Of a stretch of 62,000 nt of DNA, positions 36,887 to 49,919 are shown one piece after another; the first letter of the stretch is position 1; the number at the start of each line of letters is the position of its first letter. The stretch comes from Wallemia ichthyophaga EXF-994 (taxonomy: Eukaryota > Fungi > Basidiomycota). The notes under the pieces were generated by a model, which searched no databases, was not told the origin of the DNA, and saw nothing but the letters and a program-made list of their open reading frames with translations. The stretch is from NCBI RefSeq assembly GCF_000400465.1, contig NW_008806290.1, positions 60,001 through 122,000 of the forward strand, given 5' to 3'. The position numbers and the translations under genes are program-made.

Positions 36887-39800
36887 GGTTTTTAGGGATG
36901 AAGACATTTTAAACGACGTTGAAGGCAATACTAGTATTTTAAATAGAAATATCATTTCAGTTCAAGGTAATAGCATCATCATTAGAAATTTCAAATGTGA
37001 ACCTCTATCTCGAATAAACCTCAACATAAAACCAAATTGCTATGATATTTACAAGGATAAACTACTGGTCGGTTACTTGGATGGCTTGCTTGAAATTTAT
37101 TCAATCGAAAAAGGTACTTTGATTACATCTGTCAAGCAATCATCCATCAAATCAATCATCCAAGGCACCGATGAAGGTCATCTAGCTGATAATCCTATCA
37201 TGAAAGTTTTCATGTTAAACTCACACTCCCTTATATCACTAGATACATCTAACAAGCTATTCTATACCTCCTTCAAAGGTATTCAACGGCTCAAATGGCT
37301 TGATGGTTTAGACAAACACAGGTTATACGGCAACTACAAGCAATATCCACCATCACACCAATCAATTATCTTAGATGTCTTACCTTTTAATCACTTGGTT
37401 GCTATCTTAACCCCTTCAAAGTTACTAATTATTACTCTTTTACCAAAACCTTCAATCATTTATAAAGCTATAAACACATCTTATACCCCTTCTACATATG
37501 GTAACCTATCTTTCAACAACGATCACCTCATCTTCAACTGGTCAAACACCCTCTACAAACTTTCTGTTTCAGATAACTTCTCTTCTACAAACTCAAACCT
37601 CCCTTTACACGTCTCATCTTGTCATTGGCTAAGTCATCTCATTCTCATCCGTTCTCCCTCCAACTTGATCCTCATTCACCCTTCTTCTTTCGATGTCTTA
37701 GAATCTCATCCTCTAAAAACTCCCACTCAGTCTCAATTCCATGTCTCTGATAGATCCTGTTATTACCTGGTTAGTTAGTCCACAATCCATTTATTTTCAC
37801 TAACCTAACAAAGTATAACAACACTCTCCACAAATCTACCCTCCTAAATTACAAATCTAGACTAAATGACCTTATCATCAGCAATCAGCCCATAGAAGCT
37901 TTGCAACTTGCTTTAAATTTTTTCATGGGCAAAGTTGGCGACCCCCTCACCACACAGCTCCCCGACAATCCCACACAACGTCATTCCGCGCTACAACCTT
38001 ACATTTCTACTCTACTAGGTTCTTCAACGCGTTATTTACAACTAACCATCAAATCTCAAAGTTTGGATGCTTTAAAGTATATCGCAAAATTACTCATAGA
38101 CGCTTCCATCTTAGTTGACTCTTTCGATATTCTTTACAACGATGTGTTTGATATATACCAGACCGCAAAACGCGACAAAGAGTTTTTGGAGCAACTGGAG
38201 CCTATCGTGAGGAGTGGCCAAGTGGGGAGTATACCACCAAATGTCTCACAATTACTTCTCCGACTATACGATCCTGAGCATCATCAAACGCGTTATCAAG
38301 ACTTGGTAATTCAACTCAATCCCGCCGAGCTAGATATAAATGGGGTTATCAAAACTACACGCCATTACAAACTTTGGAAGGCTTTTATTTTTGTGCATCT
38401 TACAGCACTTCAAGATTTTACCACACCATTACTCCATCTCATCAGTATAATAAGATTTAGTGAGAGCGCGGATGTGGAAATTGGCACACTATTCGCATAC
38501 CTCGGACACACACTCAGTGATTTAGTATACCCTACCCAACAGTCGCTCGATTCTATCGGTGGAGACGTCGTGTCAAACAAGGCAAAGTCAGATATTTACA
38601 GTTTAATATTTCGTGCACGCCTGCATCCTGATGACGATATGTCACCATCACGCACACCTGACACAACCCCTTCCCATTCTCTTTCCTACCCTTACATGCG
38701 GGTGCTATTGCAGCTGAATGCTCGCGTAACCTTTGCCATCCTCAACACGGGCTTTGAAGATGGCTACTTCAACGAGCATGCACCCATCTCACGCCAGACG
38801 ATCATCAACACGCTGTTAGAGATGGTTTACACGCACGATCTAAACGCGGACACTATCGCTCATGTTGAGGTGTTTGTAGCAAGTAACATTAGCAAGTACC
38901 CACAATTCATCCTTCTCCCATCAAGCACTGTCTTGCGGCTACTGCGCGGCTTGTCGGTTGAGGATGGAGAAGAATCTGGAGTGTCTCACCTAGAGCGTGA
39001 ACTGGCTGTACAGAGCTTGTTATCAACTTTCACTCTTCCCTCACTTTCTAAAATCCACTCAGATTTGCTTGGCACATTTGAGCGCGCGCGGTTCTACAAG
39101 ATACTCAAGTCGATCTATAGAGCTAGGCGGGTGTGGGCGGAGTATACCAGGGTGGTACTGAGTGATGGAGACATTACTCTATTTAGTGATCTCGACGTTG
39201 CGTTTAGGAATGGTGGCGATGGGCTCTTTGATGTGTTTAAGGGGTATGTTGATGACGCTCTCAAGCTTAATACTGAGCAGGTCGTCGCTCTCGTTGAGAA
39301 GCACAGCATCAAGCCTGACGAGACGCACAAAATGCTTGTGCGGTGGTGCAAAGATAGCGCAAACACTGTGCTGTATCTCAAAGCGGTGCTCGAGCAACGT
39401 GGTGATGGAACTGCGATGGATTTGAAGCATGAATATATTTCACTCCTGGCACAGAGGCAATCGCAAGAGCATGAAAGTCAAGACCAATACGGAGTTGAAA
39501 GCAATGATATTTGTGCAGTGATAGACGAATATACATTCGATGCAAGCTTTTTACACAATCTTTTCACGCAGCACAAGAACATTGCTGCGCAGATGCACCT
39601 CCTATATCAGGAAATGCGACTTGTTGAGGCGTTTGAATGCCTTAAGGAGAAGGTGTTCACTGAGTCAGGTGTAGGAACACAGACGCGTGCATTGGAAAAA
39701 GGAGCTGAGCTGGCTGTCAAGTATACCAACACACATTATGGGGATGAAGATGCTGAGCGATGTACCCAAATTTGGCATACTATTATGGTATCAGCAATTG

Positions 39801-40279
39801 AGACCATACAGCACCACAGTCTTACTGATGTTCTACTGGAAAAGGTGTTGAATGGGCTACTGATGCACACTTACAATCACAATGTTAAGTACTCGACACT
39901 TTTCAGCCATCTCTGCAATCACTTCAACACATCGAACTCAGTTTCAGGTTCGCATTTGCAAACTCCTAGCCAATTTCGCACTATTCTCTTAATGTTCTTG
40001 GAGAGCATCAGAGCGCGCCTCGAGATCTACACGGTGGGTGCGCGGATAATGGACGCCGAGTGCGCACAGAAGCTGAAAATGTATGGAGAGAAGAGTGCGC
40101 AAGGATGGCGAGTGAGTGAGGATTACAGGCGAGAGTTGGAAGAGCTGAGGGGGTATATTGAACAAAGCGAGGAGTTGCACGATTTGGCTGGGCAGTTGGA
40201 ACATCAGGGCGTTGATTGGAGAAGTATGTTTGAGGTACCGCACGTAACTAGAACAAGTGTGGAGGTGTATCAGACGTGA
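36885..40279 (+). CDS. VPS8: CORVET subunit Vps8
   Basis: WD-like N-terminus (LLVGYLDGLLEIY, LVAILTPSKLLII), followed by LQLALNFFMG, FIFVHLTALQDFTTPL, ASNISKYPQFI; ~1100 aa in total. Confidence 0.82.
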
Positions 40280-40432
40280 TTAAAGTGCTGGATGAAAATT
40301 TGTCTAACAAATGTCCAAGATGATTAAGGAGAAAGAATATACAAATTACGACATACCAAAAAGATATTGCGCTTGTTTTGTAGAACAAATTGAATATCGA
40401 AATCCTTATCAAATCACCGTCATCGCTAGCTC

Positions 40433-42781
40433 ATGGACAATCGCAGAGTACGGCGTTTGGAGGAGGCGGTAGTAAACAGAATAGCGGCTGGAGAGGTGTG
40501 GTATGTGCTTGCGTGTATTTTTCCATCTCACAGGCCTAGATTATCCACCGACCGGCAAACGCAATCAAAGAGATGTTGGAGAACTCTCTCGATGCAGAAT
40601 CTACGAATATAAAGGTTACGGTGAAGGATGGTGGCCTGAAGCTCCTTCAAATACAAGATAACGGTCGTGGGATTGATGTGAGCTGCAAGCTGCGTTACAG
40701 ATACACGCTCACATGCTGCCAGAAAGAAGACCTGCCAATTCTTTGTGAGCGCTTCACAACCTCCAAAATACGCAACTACGACGACTTGCAATCAGTCTCG
40801 ACATTTGGCTTTCGCGGAGAAGCCTTGGCTTCGATATCACACGTCGCTCATGTCGCAATACTCACTAAACGCGACGGGGACAGCGCTGGATGGAAGTGGG
40901 TTTCGATTTTCTCGAATCTAACTGCGCTCATTACGTCCACTGTAGAACCGCGTACTCGGATGGTAAGCAAACCCAGGAATGCTCACCGGCAGCGGGTAAC
41001 AAAGGCACAACTATCACCGCTCACGACCTCTTCTTCAATGTTCCCCTGCGCAGACGTGCACTGAAGAATGCCAACGAGGAGTACACCAAGATTGTCGATG
41101 TCGTCACCAGATACGCCGTTCACTATCCCTCAGTTTCATTTGTATGCAAGAAGGTGGGTTTTTTTTTTTTATCTACAAGCACTATTTCTAACAAATCCAG
41201 GTTAATGCGAATGTCCCCGATATATCAACGCTCTCCAAATCATCCACACCGATGAACATAAAAGCATTATTTGGTCCACAAGTCGCGAAAGAGCTGCTAC
41301 GCTTTGAGACTGAAGATACACTTTTAAACTACAAATGCAATGGCTACGCAACATCCACCAATTACGCCAGTAAGCGAACAATAATGCTCATCTTTATCAA
41401 TCATCGTCTAGTAGACTGTCCTAGTCTCAAAAAGAGCATCGAAAACGCTTACAGTGCGCTCTTACCTAAAGGATCTCATCCATTTGTCTATTTGAGTCTA
41501 GAAATCCCTCCTAGCAACCTAGATGTGAATGTTCACCCTACGAAATCGCAAGTACATTTCATCGATGAGGATGACATCATAGAGCATATCACTGACGCAC
41601 TCAGCAACAAACTGTCGACGTGCAATACATCCAAGAGCTACGACGTGCAGACATATCTCCCAAAATCTAAGCCAGTGGCTCAGCTATCTAACGCTAGCTT
41701 TCTCACAAGCTTCGTTAAGCCACCGCCAAAATCTCAGATACGCACTGACGGAATGACAAGAACGCTTGATTCCTTTATACCAATTGCACAAACTCAATCG
41801 CCAGCACCGACGCAATCATCCACACCCGTCCATACATCTACTTCCAAGCAGACACCCTCTTCAACTCCTGTCAAGCGAACGGTAGAAGACTCTGAATCGC
41901 CTCGCTCATCAATAAAACACTCCCAATCAATTCGCACTCCAGTGGAGAAAATCAAAAGCAATAAAGTTAATCTTAGCTCTATACAGAAGTTACGTAAAAG
42001 TGTGCTAGACGATAAAAACCAGGATGCTATTAATATGGTCAAAAACCACACTTTTGTCGGATTCGTAGACGTTTCTAGACAATTGGTCTTGATTCAACAT
42101 AACACTGAGCTCATTATGCTCAATTATGATAAATTTGCGTAAGTTCTCAAGCTCTGGTTGACCTCCCCTTATTAAAGACGCGATAGGCTCGAACTCTTCT
42201 ATCAAATTGCCCTCAACCAGTTCGGGAATATGGCGAAATTTGAACTCAATCCACCTCCCAAAGTACGCACACTCATAGAAATAGCATTGAAGGTTGAAGA
42301 AAGCGCTATTGTGGAGTGTGGTGGTAGTTATAAGGAGGTTTTGGACAAGATCGTTAATATTCTTATTAGCAGAGCTACTATGTTGGAGGAGTATTTTGGC
42401 ATAAGGATTAGTCAGGAAGGTAATCTGGAACGCTTACCGCTGTTACTAAAGAACTATACGCCAAACATTGATGCATTGCCGACTTTGCTAATGAATCTAG
42501 GTCCTTTGGTGAGTTAATACTCTTCGTACAAATACCAACTAACTCAATGTGCTCAGGTTAATTGGGAGGAGGAAGAGGAGTGCTTTGATAATATACTCCA
42601 GCAAATCGCTGCATTCTATGTACCTTCTAAGCAAGACAATGACGCTGTTAGATGGCAGATCCAACACGTTTTGTTTCAATCAATAGCAAAGAATCTCGTA
42701 CCGTCACACGATCTAGCTCAGAACGCCATCACTCAAGTAACAAGCTTACCTGCCCTCTATAGAATATTCGAACGTTGTTGA
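40433..42781 (+). CDS. MLH1: DNA mismatch repair protein Mlh1, multi-exon
   Basis: [63 protein letters not shown], and the invariant C-terminal FERC*. Confidence 0.96.
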
Positions 42782-42881
42782 AGTTCACCGTGTATTTTTA
42801 CTTATATATTCATTATTTATAACAACATACTTTCTATCCTGGTAATTTTGCCATATTTGCTATTGAAAGAAATGAAAACTT

Positions 42882-44034
42882 TTACCATCCACGTTGGGCA
42901 AATTGACCACCCTTAAGGTTCCTGTCAACGTTGAGACCCACCATAGCCTCACCAAGACCTTCACTGACTTGAGCGAGCACCTTTGGATTCTGGTAGTGGG
43001 TTGTTGCCTGCACAATAGCCTTTGCACGCATAAGTGGGTTGCCTGATTTAAAGATACCGGAGCCAACAAAGACACCATCGCAGCCCAATTGCATCAGCAT
43101 AGCAGCATCAGCTGGGGTGGCCAAACCACCAGCAGCAAAGTTAACGACAGGCAATTTTTTCAGCCTTGCAGTTTCCTTGAGGAGGTGGTAAGGAGCCTGG
43201 AGTTCTTTAGCAAATGCATATAACTCCTCTTCTTCCATTGAGGAAGCTTTCCTTATGTCAGACATAAGTTGGCGCTCGTGTCTAACAGCTTCGACGACAT
43301 TTCCAGTGCCAGCTTCGCCTTTAGTTCTTATCATCGCTGCACCTTCGCTGATTCTTCTTAATGCCTCACCGAGGTTTTTACAACCGCAAACGAATGGTAC
43401 CTTGAATTGGTGCTTGTTGACTGTGTAAGGTTTGAATTGGCTGGGTTAATTCAGAGCTTTCCACTTACTGTGATGTTGCTCGTCTGCAGGTGTGAGTACT
43501 TCAGACTCATCAATGTAGTCAACGCCACATTCTTGGAGGATTTGTGATTCAACGAAGTGTCCGATACGAGACTTTGCCATGACAGGAACTGAATATAATT
43601 GTTAATTGTACCAGCCTTGCTAAATATACGACGTACTGGTTACAGCATCAATAATCTCCTTGATCAAAGCAGGGTCAGACATTCTCGCCACACCGCCCTC
43701 TTGACGAATGTCAGCTGGTACACGTTCAAGTGCCTTTTATTGAATCAAATCAGATTAATCCCTTTAGCTTCTGAGTGGCACACACCATAACAGCACATGC
43801 ACCGGCTTCTTCAGCGATACGAGCTTGTTCAGCGTTAACGACGTCCATAATAACACCACCCTTAAGCATTTGTGCAAGTCCTTGTAAAACGTGAGTCATT
43901 GATGATGCCACACTTGCACATCACTCACCACTCTTCACTGAAAATGTACCAATGCTGGTATCACCACCCTTTCCATTCTTTTGCGTTGATTGACCACCAG
44001 TTGGTCCTACGATTGTTGGATTTTCTGCAGACAT
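42882..44034 (-). CDS. SNZ1: Pyridoxal 5'-phosphate synthase subunit Snz1/Pdx1, multi-exon
   Basis: [64 protein letters not shown]. Confidence 0.96.
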
Positions 44035-45673
44035 TGTGATTGTTGTCGATAGAAGCCTTCTGAGTCACCGCTGATTAATTCGAGGGTCTTGAAGGGAAAA
44101 ATTGTTGCCAAGTTTCAGCGAGATCAATTTAACTAATATCCAAACCAACATCTTATCTTCTTTGCTACTCATCGTGATACCGACGGCAAATATTACATAT
44201 GGCGCATGATGCCGCGGTTTAGCGATAAAACATTTCGCGCATATTTTGTTCTACATACTTTTCTCTACAGTCTACCTTCTTACTATCTAATCACTTTCAT
44301 GGTATTATATCACCGCAATATCTTGTCACATCAATTATCTAGCATACAGAGCGTAATTCTTGTGACTTTCACGTTGTATTTATATACAACACAATATCTT
44401 TAAAAAGCAATGAGGATTCAAGAACAAAAACGTCATTTACAACAAAGGGGCCGTTCTCCGCTAATTACATGTTCACTCACGAGTTTGTCAAAGCACCTCG
44501 ATGAATTGAAAGTTGAGCAATATTGGTACCATTCTGTAGCGATTGTGTTCTTGACATATTCGAGAGTGGATTCATCTTGAACAGTGTAGTGATGTCCTCT
44601 TTACTAGTACAGATAGATCTTACTTGTTACAGGGAGTATAGCTTGGAAACTAATACGAAAATCCTAATACATTGCCTTCTACGATTTCAACGCAGTCTAA
44701 ACCTCTTTCACTTCCGTATTGAATGAAATTTCGAAATGCACCAAGTGAAGCCAAAGTCGCGATTTCAGAGTGGGGCTAACCCCTTTTTGTTTGCATAAAC
44801 CGAATGTGCCAGTATGCAATGAGCTGGGATGATAATACTTTTCCTGGAGCCAATTATCCCGTGGATTTTAATCGTTGTAAAACGTAAATCGCGTTTATAA
44901 AGCCGACTATTTGAGCAACGTAATTGCTCGTAGTCTCAATCAGCTGAAAATGTTTGTTATTTTACGGAATAAGCGCGTAAGAGTCTCCATAATAGCGTGC
45001 TCTAGAGCGACTTTGATTCCAACTTCCGAATAGCCTACTACAGGGCGGTAATCGAGGCACAAGGATAGAATTTTGATAAGACCTTATAAAGCTTATTCGG
45101 GAATATTTAGAAAGCTTTTTATTTGGAGATCATCACAACTCGTTAATCAGCCATCTGAGATGATATAAATGTTAGTCGAGTAATTCAACTCGGTGCATAT
45201 TGAAGTACATTTGATATGGCAATGTAGCTGAAGCGATGAGGGTGCCGCGAGAATTATCGTGTGGCTAAATTATAAAAATTTTCAGCACATCGAATGTCTG
45301 CGTTCGTCTCATCACTTACTCAGTCATTTGGAGGAAGTCTTGTGCAAATAAATTCAATAATAAGTAAGTGATAGCACAAAAATAACTTTATAACCTGCCT
45401 TTACATCCCTTAAACACAACTTAATGTCATCAGATTGAACATTTGTGAGGTGCGAGGGGAAAAATGTATTGGGAATTAAATCCATTCGCTAATAAATGTC
45501 TTTACACCATAGCTAGCTACTCAAATACGTTGTGATATCATGTATCATTATACATTAGCAAAGAAAATATAAATCCTATTAAAGATCGTTTGATAAAATG
45601 AAAACAGAAGAGACATGTGGTTTAGCTGACAAGTCAACTTGAGTTGTCTCGTCTGCTATGGACAGATAGACTG

Positions 45674-46491
45674 TCAGGTATATGATGACGTAATTATGCG
45701 TCCTTCGAATAACGATTTACTCATGACAGCATCACCGTAGAGCTCAACCTGATGGATAATATCGCCATTATTCACCATTACTTTCTTCTCCTCATCGCTG
45801 TTTTGTGGCGTGCGCAGAAGCAGCTCAATTGACTTGTGCAAAGGACTTTCAAGCTGAAAGATGGCGTGCTTCTCACTCTGTACTTGTGGTAATTGACGCA
45901 GAATAGAACTATAGAGGAAAACGGATGCCTGGAGAGCGGTGTCATTACATAGTAACGTTAAAGCTTTAACGCCTTGAACGCCATTGGTGTGCTCTAAGCT
46001 ATCTGGGACGCGTAGCTTCCGAGGAGTTTTGTCGCCACAATAGAAAGGAATGGAACCACGTGGATAATGCTTGTGGGGGAAAGAGACAGACCATTGAATG
46101 CGCGTACCATCAGCCAATAACCTGCCGCCATCGATGGGTTCGTCGTAGAACTCTTCAATACCGGTTTCACCGCGCTTTACGCCAAGACAAGCCCAGTCAA
46201 TCCAACCTGGAAGCTTATCGGCCCAGAAGTGGGAATGTTTTTTGGATGAATCAACAAAAGCAATGAGCTCGATATAGACGCCGTCGCGAAGCTGCATGGA
46301 AGTTTGAGAGAGTAATTGGAATGCTGAAGGACACCTACGACAAGAAGCATATTCTCCGTTCGGCCGTCTGCGTGTGTCCCACCATTCTGGACAGTGAAAC
46401 CAGCAGCGGTGAAGTTGGCAGCAACAGCATTTAGATCAGCACAAAGAAATACCAGATGATCGAGTACATTTGGTTTTACTGGAAGAGACAT
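45674..46491 (-). CDS. Glyoxalase-like (VOC superfamily, Glyoxalase_3-type) protein, 2 exons
   Basis: LDHLVFLC...GGTHADGRTENMLLV/LRDGVYIELIAF, and PFYCGDKTPRKLRVP...HTNGVQGV. Confidence 0.82.
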
Positions 46492-46547
46492 ATCGTGGCA
46501 GTTTGGGTGCAACAGAGTGACGTCGCTTGATCAGTTACAATCACGAG

Positions 46548-49500
46548 ATGCGGATGAAAGGCGGGAATATTCGTCGGTATTCCACAGCGCACTCCTACAA
46601 GCACACTGTCACTCTCCCAAAAACTAATTTCCCTTTACGGGCGGATCACGCTTCGTTATCAAGATACACGGATATTACAACAACAAATCTCTACAACTGG
46701 CAGAGTAGAGAAGTTGACAAAGATCCTTTCATTCTCCACGATGGCCCTCCTTACGCTAATGGCAATCTCCATATGGGCCACGCACTCAACAAAATACTTA
46801 AAGATATCATTCTCAGGTACAAGCTCATCACTGGTAGCTCTGTACACTACCACCCTGGCTGGGACTGCCATGGCTTGCCTATTGAATTAAAAGCCCTCGA
46901 ATCGCTATCGAAAGGCGGTCAGAATGGTCCACTGGGTGATGCTGTCGCGGTCAGACGCGCTGCTCGTGACACCGCATTAGACAGTATCCAAGTACAGAAG
47001 ACCGAGTTTGCTCAATTTGGTTTACTCGCAGATATGCGCAATCAAGACACGACTTACCGCACTCTCGACCACCAATATGAGATGCGCCAGCTGAATCTAT
47101 TCAAAGATCTTGTTAAAAATGGTAAGCATGCTAAATTTTATCTGGTTTGCTCACTCTAACATTCTCGAGGCCTCGTTTATCGCGCTTTCAGACCTGTTTA
47201 CTGGTCACCGTCCTCTCAGTCGGCATTGGCGGAGGCTGAGTTAGAATACAGCGACACACACACTTCCTTATCACTCTATGTAGCTTTTCCTGTAGTATCC
47301 AAGTCACAGGCTCTCAGTGATGCTCTCCACAACCATAACCATCCCATCAAGCTGCTCTGCTGGACTACTACACCTTGGTCGCTCGTTGGTAATATGGCTG
47401 TATGCGTACATCCTGATCTCAATTATGGAATTGTCGAAACAGACAGTAGCGAGAGATATATCGTAGCAATTGACAGATTGGAAGCAATGAGGCATATATT
47501 GGGTGACTTCAAAGTCATAGCTACAATATCAGGCGAGCAGCTGGTCGGATGCACATACACGCCACCCTTCCATGCACAAAATGCTATTCCGCCCGCTTTC
47601 CCACTTCTCGCCGCGCCTCATGTCAGCGCGGATACCGGAACTGGGTTGGTGCACACAGCCGCTGCACATGGGCACGATGACTACATAGCGATCCAAAATG
47701 AGCTCAAAAAGCATAGCCAAGGTGGACCTGCAGAGCACAATGATAACCTGCACGTAGCAGCAGCGCACTCGCACTCGCAACCGATTCTCAACCCTGTTGA
47801 TGACAAGGGTAGATTCGATAGTGTGGCGGTAAGGCATATCTGTGGTCAGCACGATGGGTCTGTCCTGGATGGGTTGGAGTGTTTGGGCAACGGCAGCACT
47901 CAAGTCGCTCGCTTACTCGAAGAGCGCGGGGGATGGATAGTGCAGAAGGAACGCATCAAGCATCGTTACCCACACGACTGGCGCACTAAACAGCCGATCT
48001 TGATCCGGTGAGTTGTTTGTATCAGCCGAGACGACCTGCTAACTCAGGTGCAGATCCACCTCTCAATGGTTCGCTAATGTCGACAGACTCAAAAGCAAGG
48101 CGGTCGCTGCGCTCGATAATGTCACTTTCATCCCACATACCGGCCGACAGCGCCTGGAGGCGTTCGTGATGGGGCGGTCCGAGTGGTGCATATCGCGACA
48201 ACGAGCTTGGGGTGTACCTATACCGATTCTGTTTGACGAGGGAGGCGAACCACTGCTAGATGAGGGAGTGCTCATGCACACACTGCACATACTCAACGAA
48301 AGAGGTGTCGATGCTTGGTGGACAGACCCAGCATCAGACTTTGTCCCTGCCAACATAACGCAGAGTGTATTTAAAGGCGCAGATACTATGGATGTATGGT
48401 TCGATTCTGGGACGTCTTGGATGGGGATGAACGAAGGAACTGCGCAGAGAGCAGATGTATATCTCGAAGGCTCTGATCAGCACAGGGGCTGGTTCCAGAG
48501 CAGTTTGCTGACGGCAGTTGCCGCGGGCAAGGGTGCACCCTACAAGACACTCATCACACATGGCATGGTCGTCGATGAGCTCGGACGTAAAATGAGCAAG
48601 AGTCTGGGCAATGGGTTGAGTCCACTTGATATCATTAACGGGACTAAGGTGTGTATAAGACTTACAGGTTGGTTTTTATTTAATTCCATCCAGTCTCTTC
48701 CTAAATACGGACCAGACGTGCTCAGATTCTGGGCGGCGTCGGTCGAGTATACCAAGGATGTGCCTATCGGGCCTACAATCGTTGCGCAAGCGTCAGACTC
48801 GCTCAAGAAGATAAGGAACGCTGCGAGATTCATACTAGGCAATCTCAACTCAAGAGACGCTTCGGTGGTTGAAATAAGCGAGAATGATGTCAACTTGGGC
48901 CTCGTGGGTTGATGCGTCACAATATACACTAAGACTCATAAGACATTAAACAGATGGACAAATGGATGCTCCACCAGCTGGCTAAGCTCGATCAAACGTG
49001 TAGATCAGCTTACGAAGAGCACATATTCAGCAAGGTTGTACAGGCTTTGCTTAACTTTACGAGCGGGCCGCTAGCTACATACTTTGAAATAGTCAAGGAT
49101 ACGCTGTACAATGACGAGGCTGGGTGTTTCGATCGACGCAGTGCAATACATGTGCTCAATAGAGTGGGTTGATGTGCATCCCATACGTTCTCCTAACAAC
49201 AGCTAAACAATTCAGACGCTCGACACACTCTCGAAAGCTGTATCACCTATTGCGCCATACTTATCTGAAGAGATACACGGTCACAACAAGCAAAGCAGCG
49301 ATAGTATTTTTACGAAAGAGTGGAAACCATTAGTAAGTATTTGTGGTATTTTACATCCTTAATTCACATGTCGCTCAGGGTGGTATTACATACGAAGAGG
49401 CTGCTCAGCCTGCAGCTGTAGTTCTGAAATGGCGAGCCGAGGTACTGGCGCAGCTTGAAGTACTGCGTTCAGAAAAGTATGTAATGAAACCAAGTAAACC

Positions 49501-49891
49501 AAATGAAACACAATCTAACAAACCATTCAGAATAATCAAAACCTCAGCCGAAGCCACAGTCGATGTATTTATTGGCGAGGAGTGCGATAATACGGTTAAA
49601 TTGGTGGCAGATACCATGCGTACGTGTTTTTCTTTGGATAAAAGCCTCATCTGAAACTTTTCAGACTCACAACTGGCAAAATCGTTCGTCGTTTCGTCGG
49701 TCCAAGTGCACAGCGTGGAGAATATGAGTGGTGGGTGCGTTTTACTAGAAGGTTTTGCGCTGACAAAGATTTAAGACGTGCGTATAAGCGTGCGCAAAAG
49801 TGAAAAAGAAAAATGCCCGCGCTGCTGGTCATTTAACAGAGCTTCAACACAGGAATTATGCGATAGATGTGCTAGTGTGATTAAACAATAA
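46548..49891 (+). CDS. ISM1: Mitochondrial isoleucyl-tRNA synthetase, multi-exon
   Basis: Presequence-like start, LPKTNF, FILHDGPPYANGNLHMGHALNK (HIGH), GWDCHGLPIE, WTTTPWSL, WCISRQRAWGVPIP, EGSDQHRGWF, KMSKS, C-terminal CPRCW...LCDRC. Confidence 0.95.
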
Positions 49892-49919
49892 GGTGGTTAT
49901 TTATAAAATGCATTGATTA

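Noticed and set aside
44035-45673. SNO1/PDX2 divergently paired with SNZ1, or a TPP riboswitch
   Set aside because: No glutaminase motifs in any frame I read, and no TPP aptamer consensus around the ctgaga matches.
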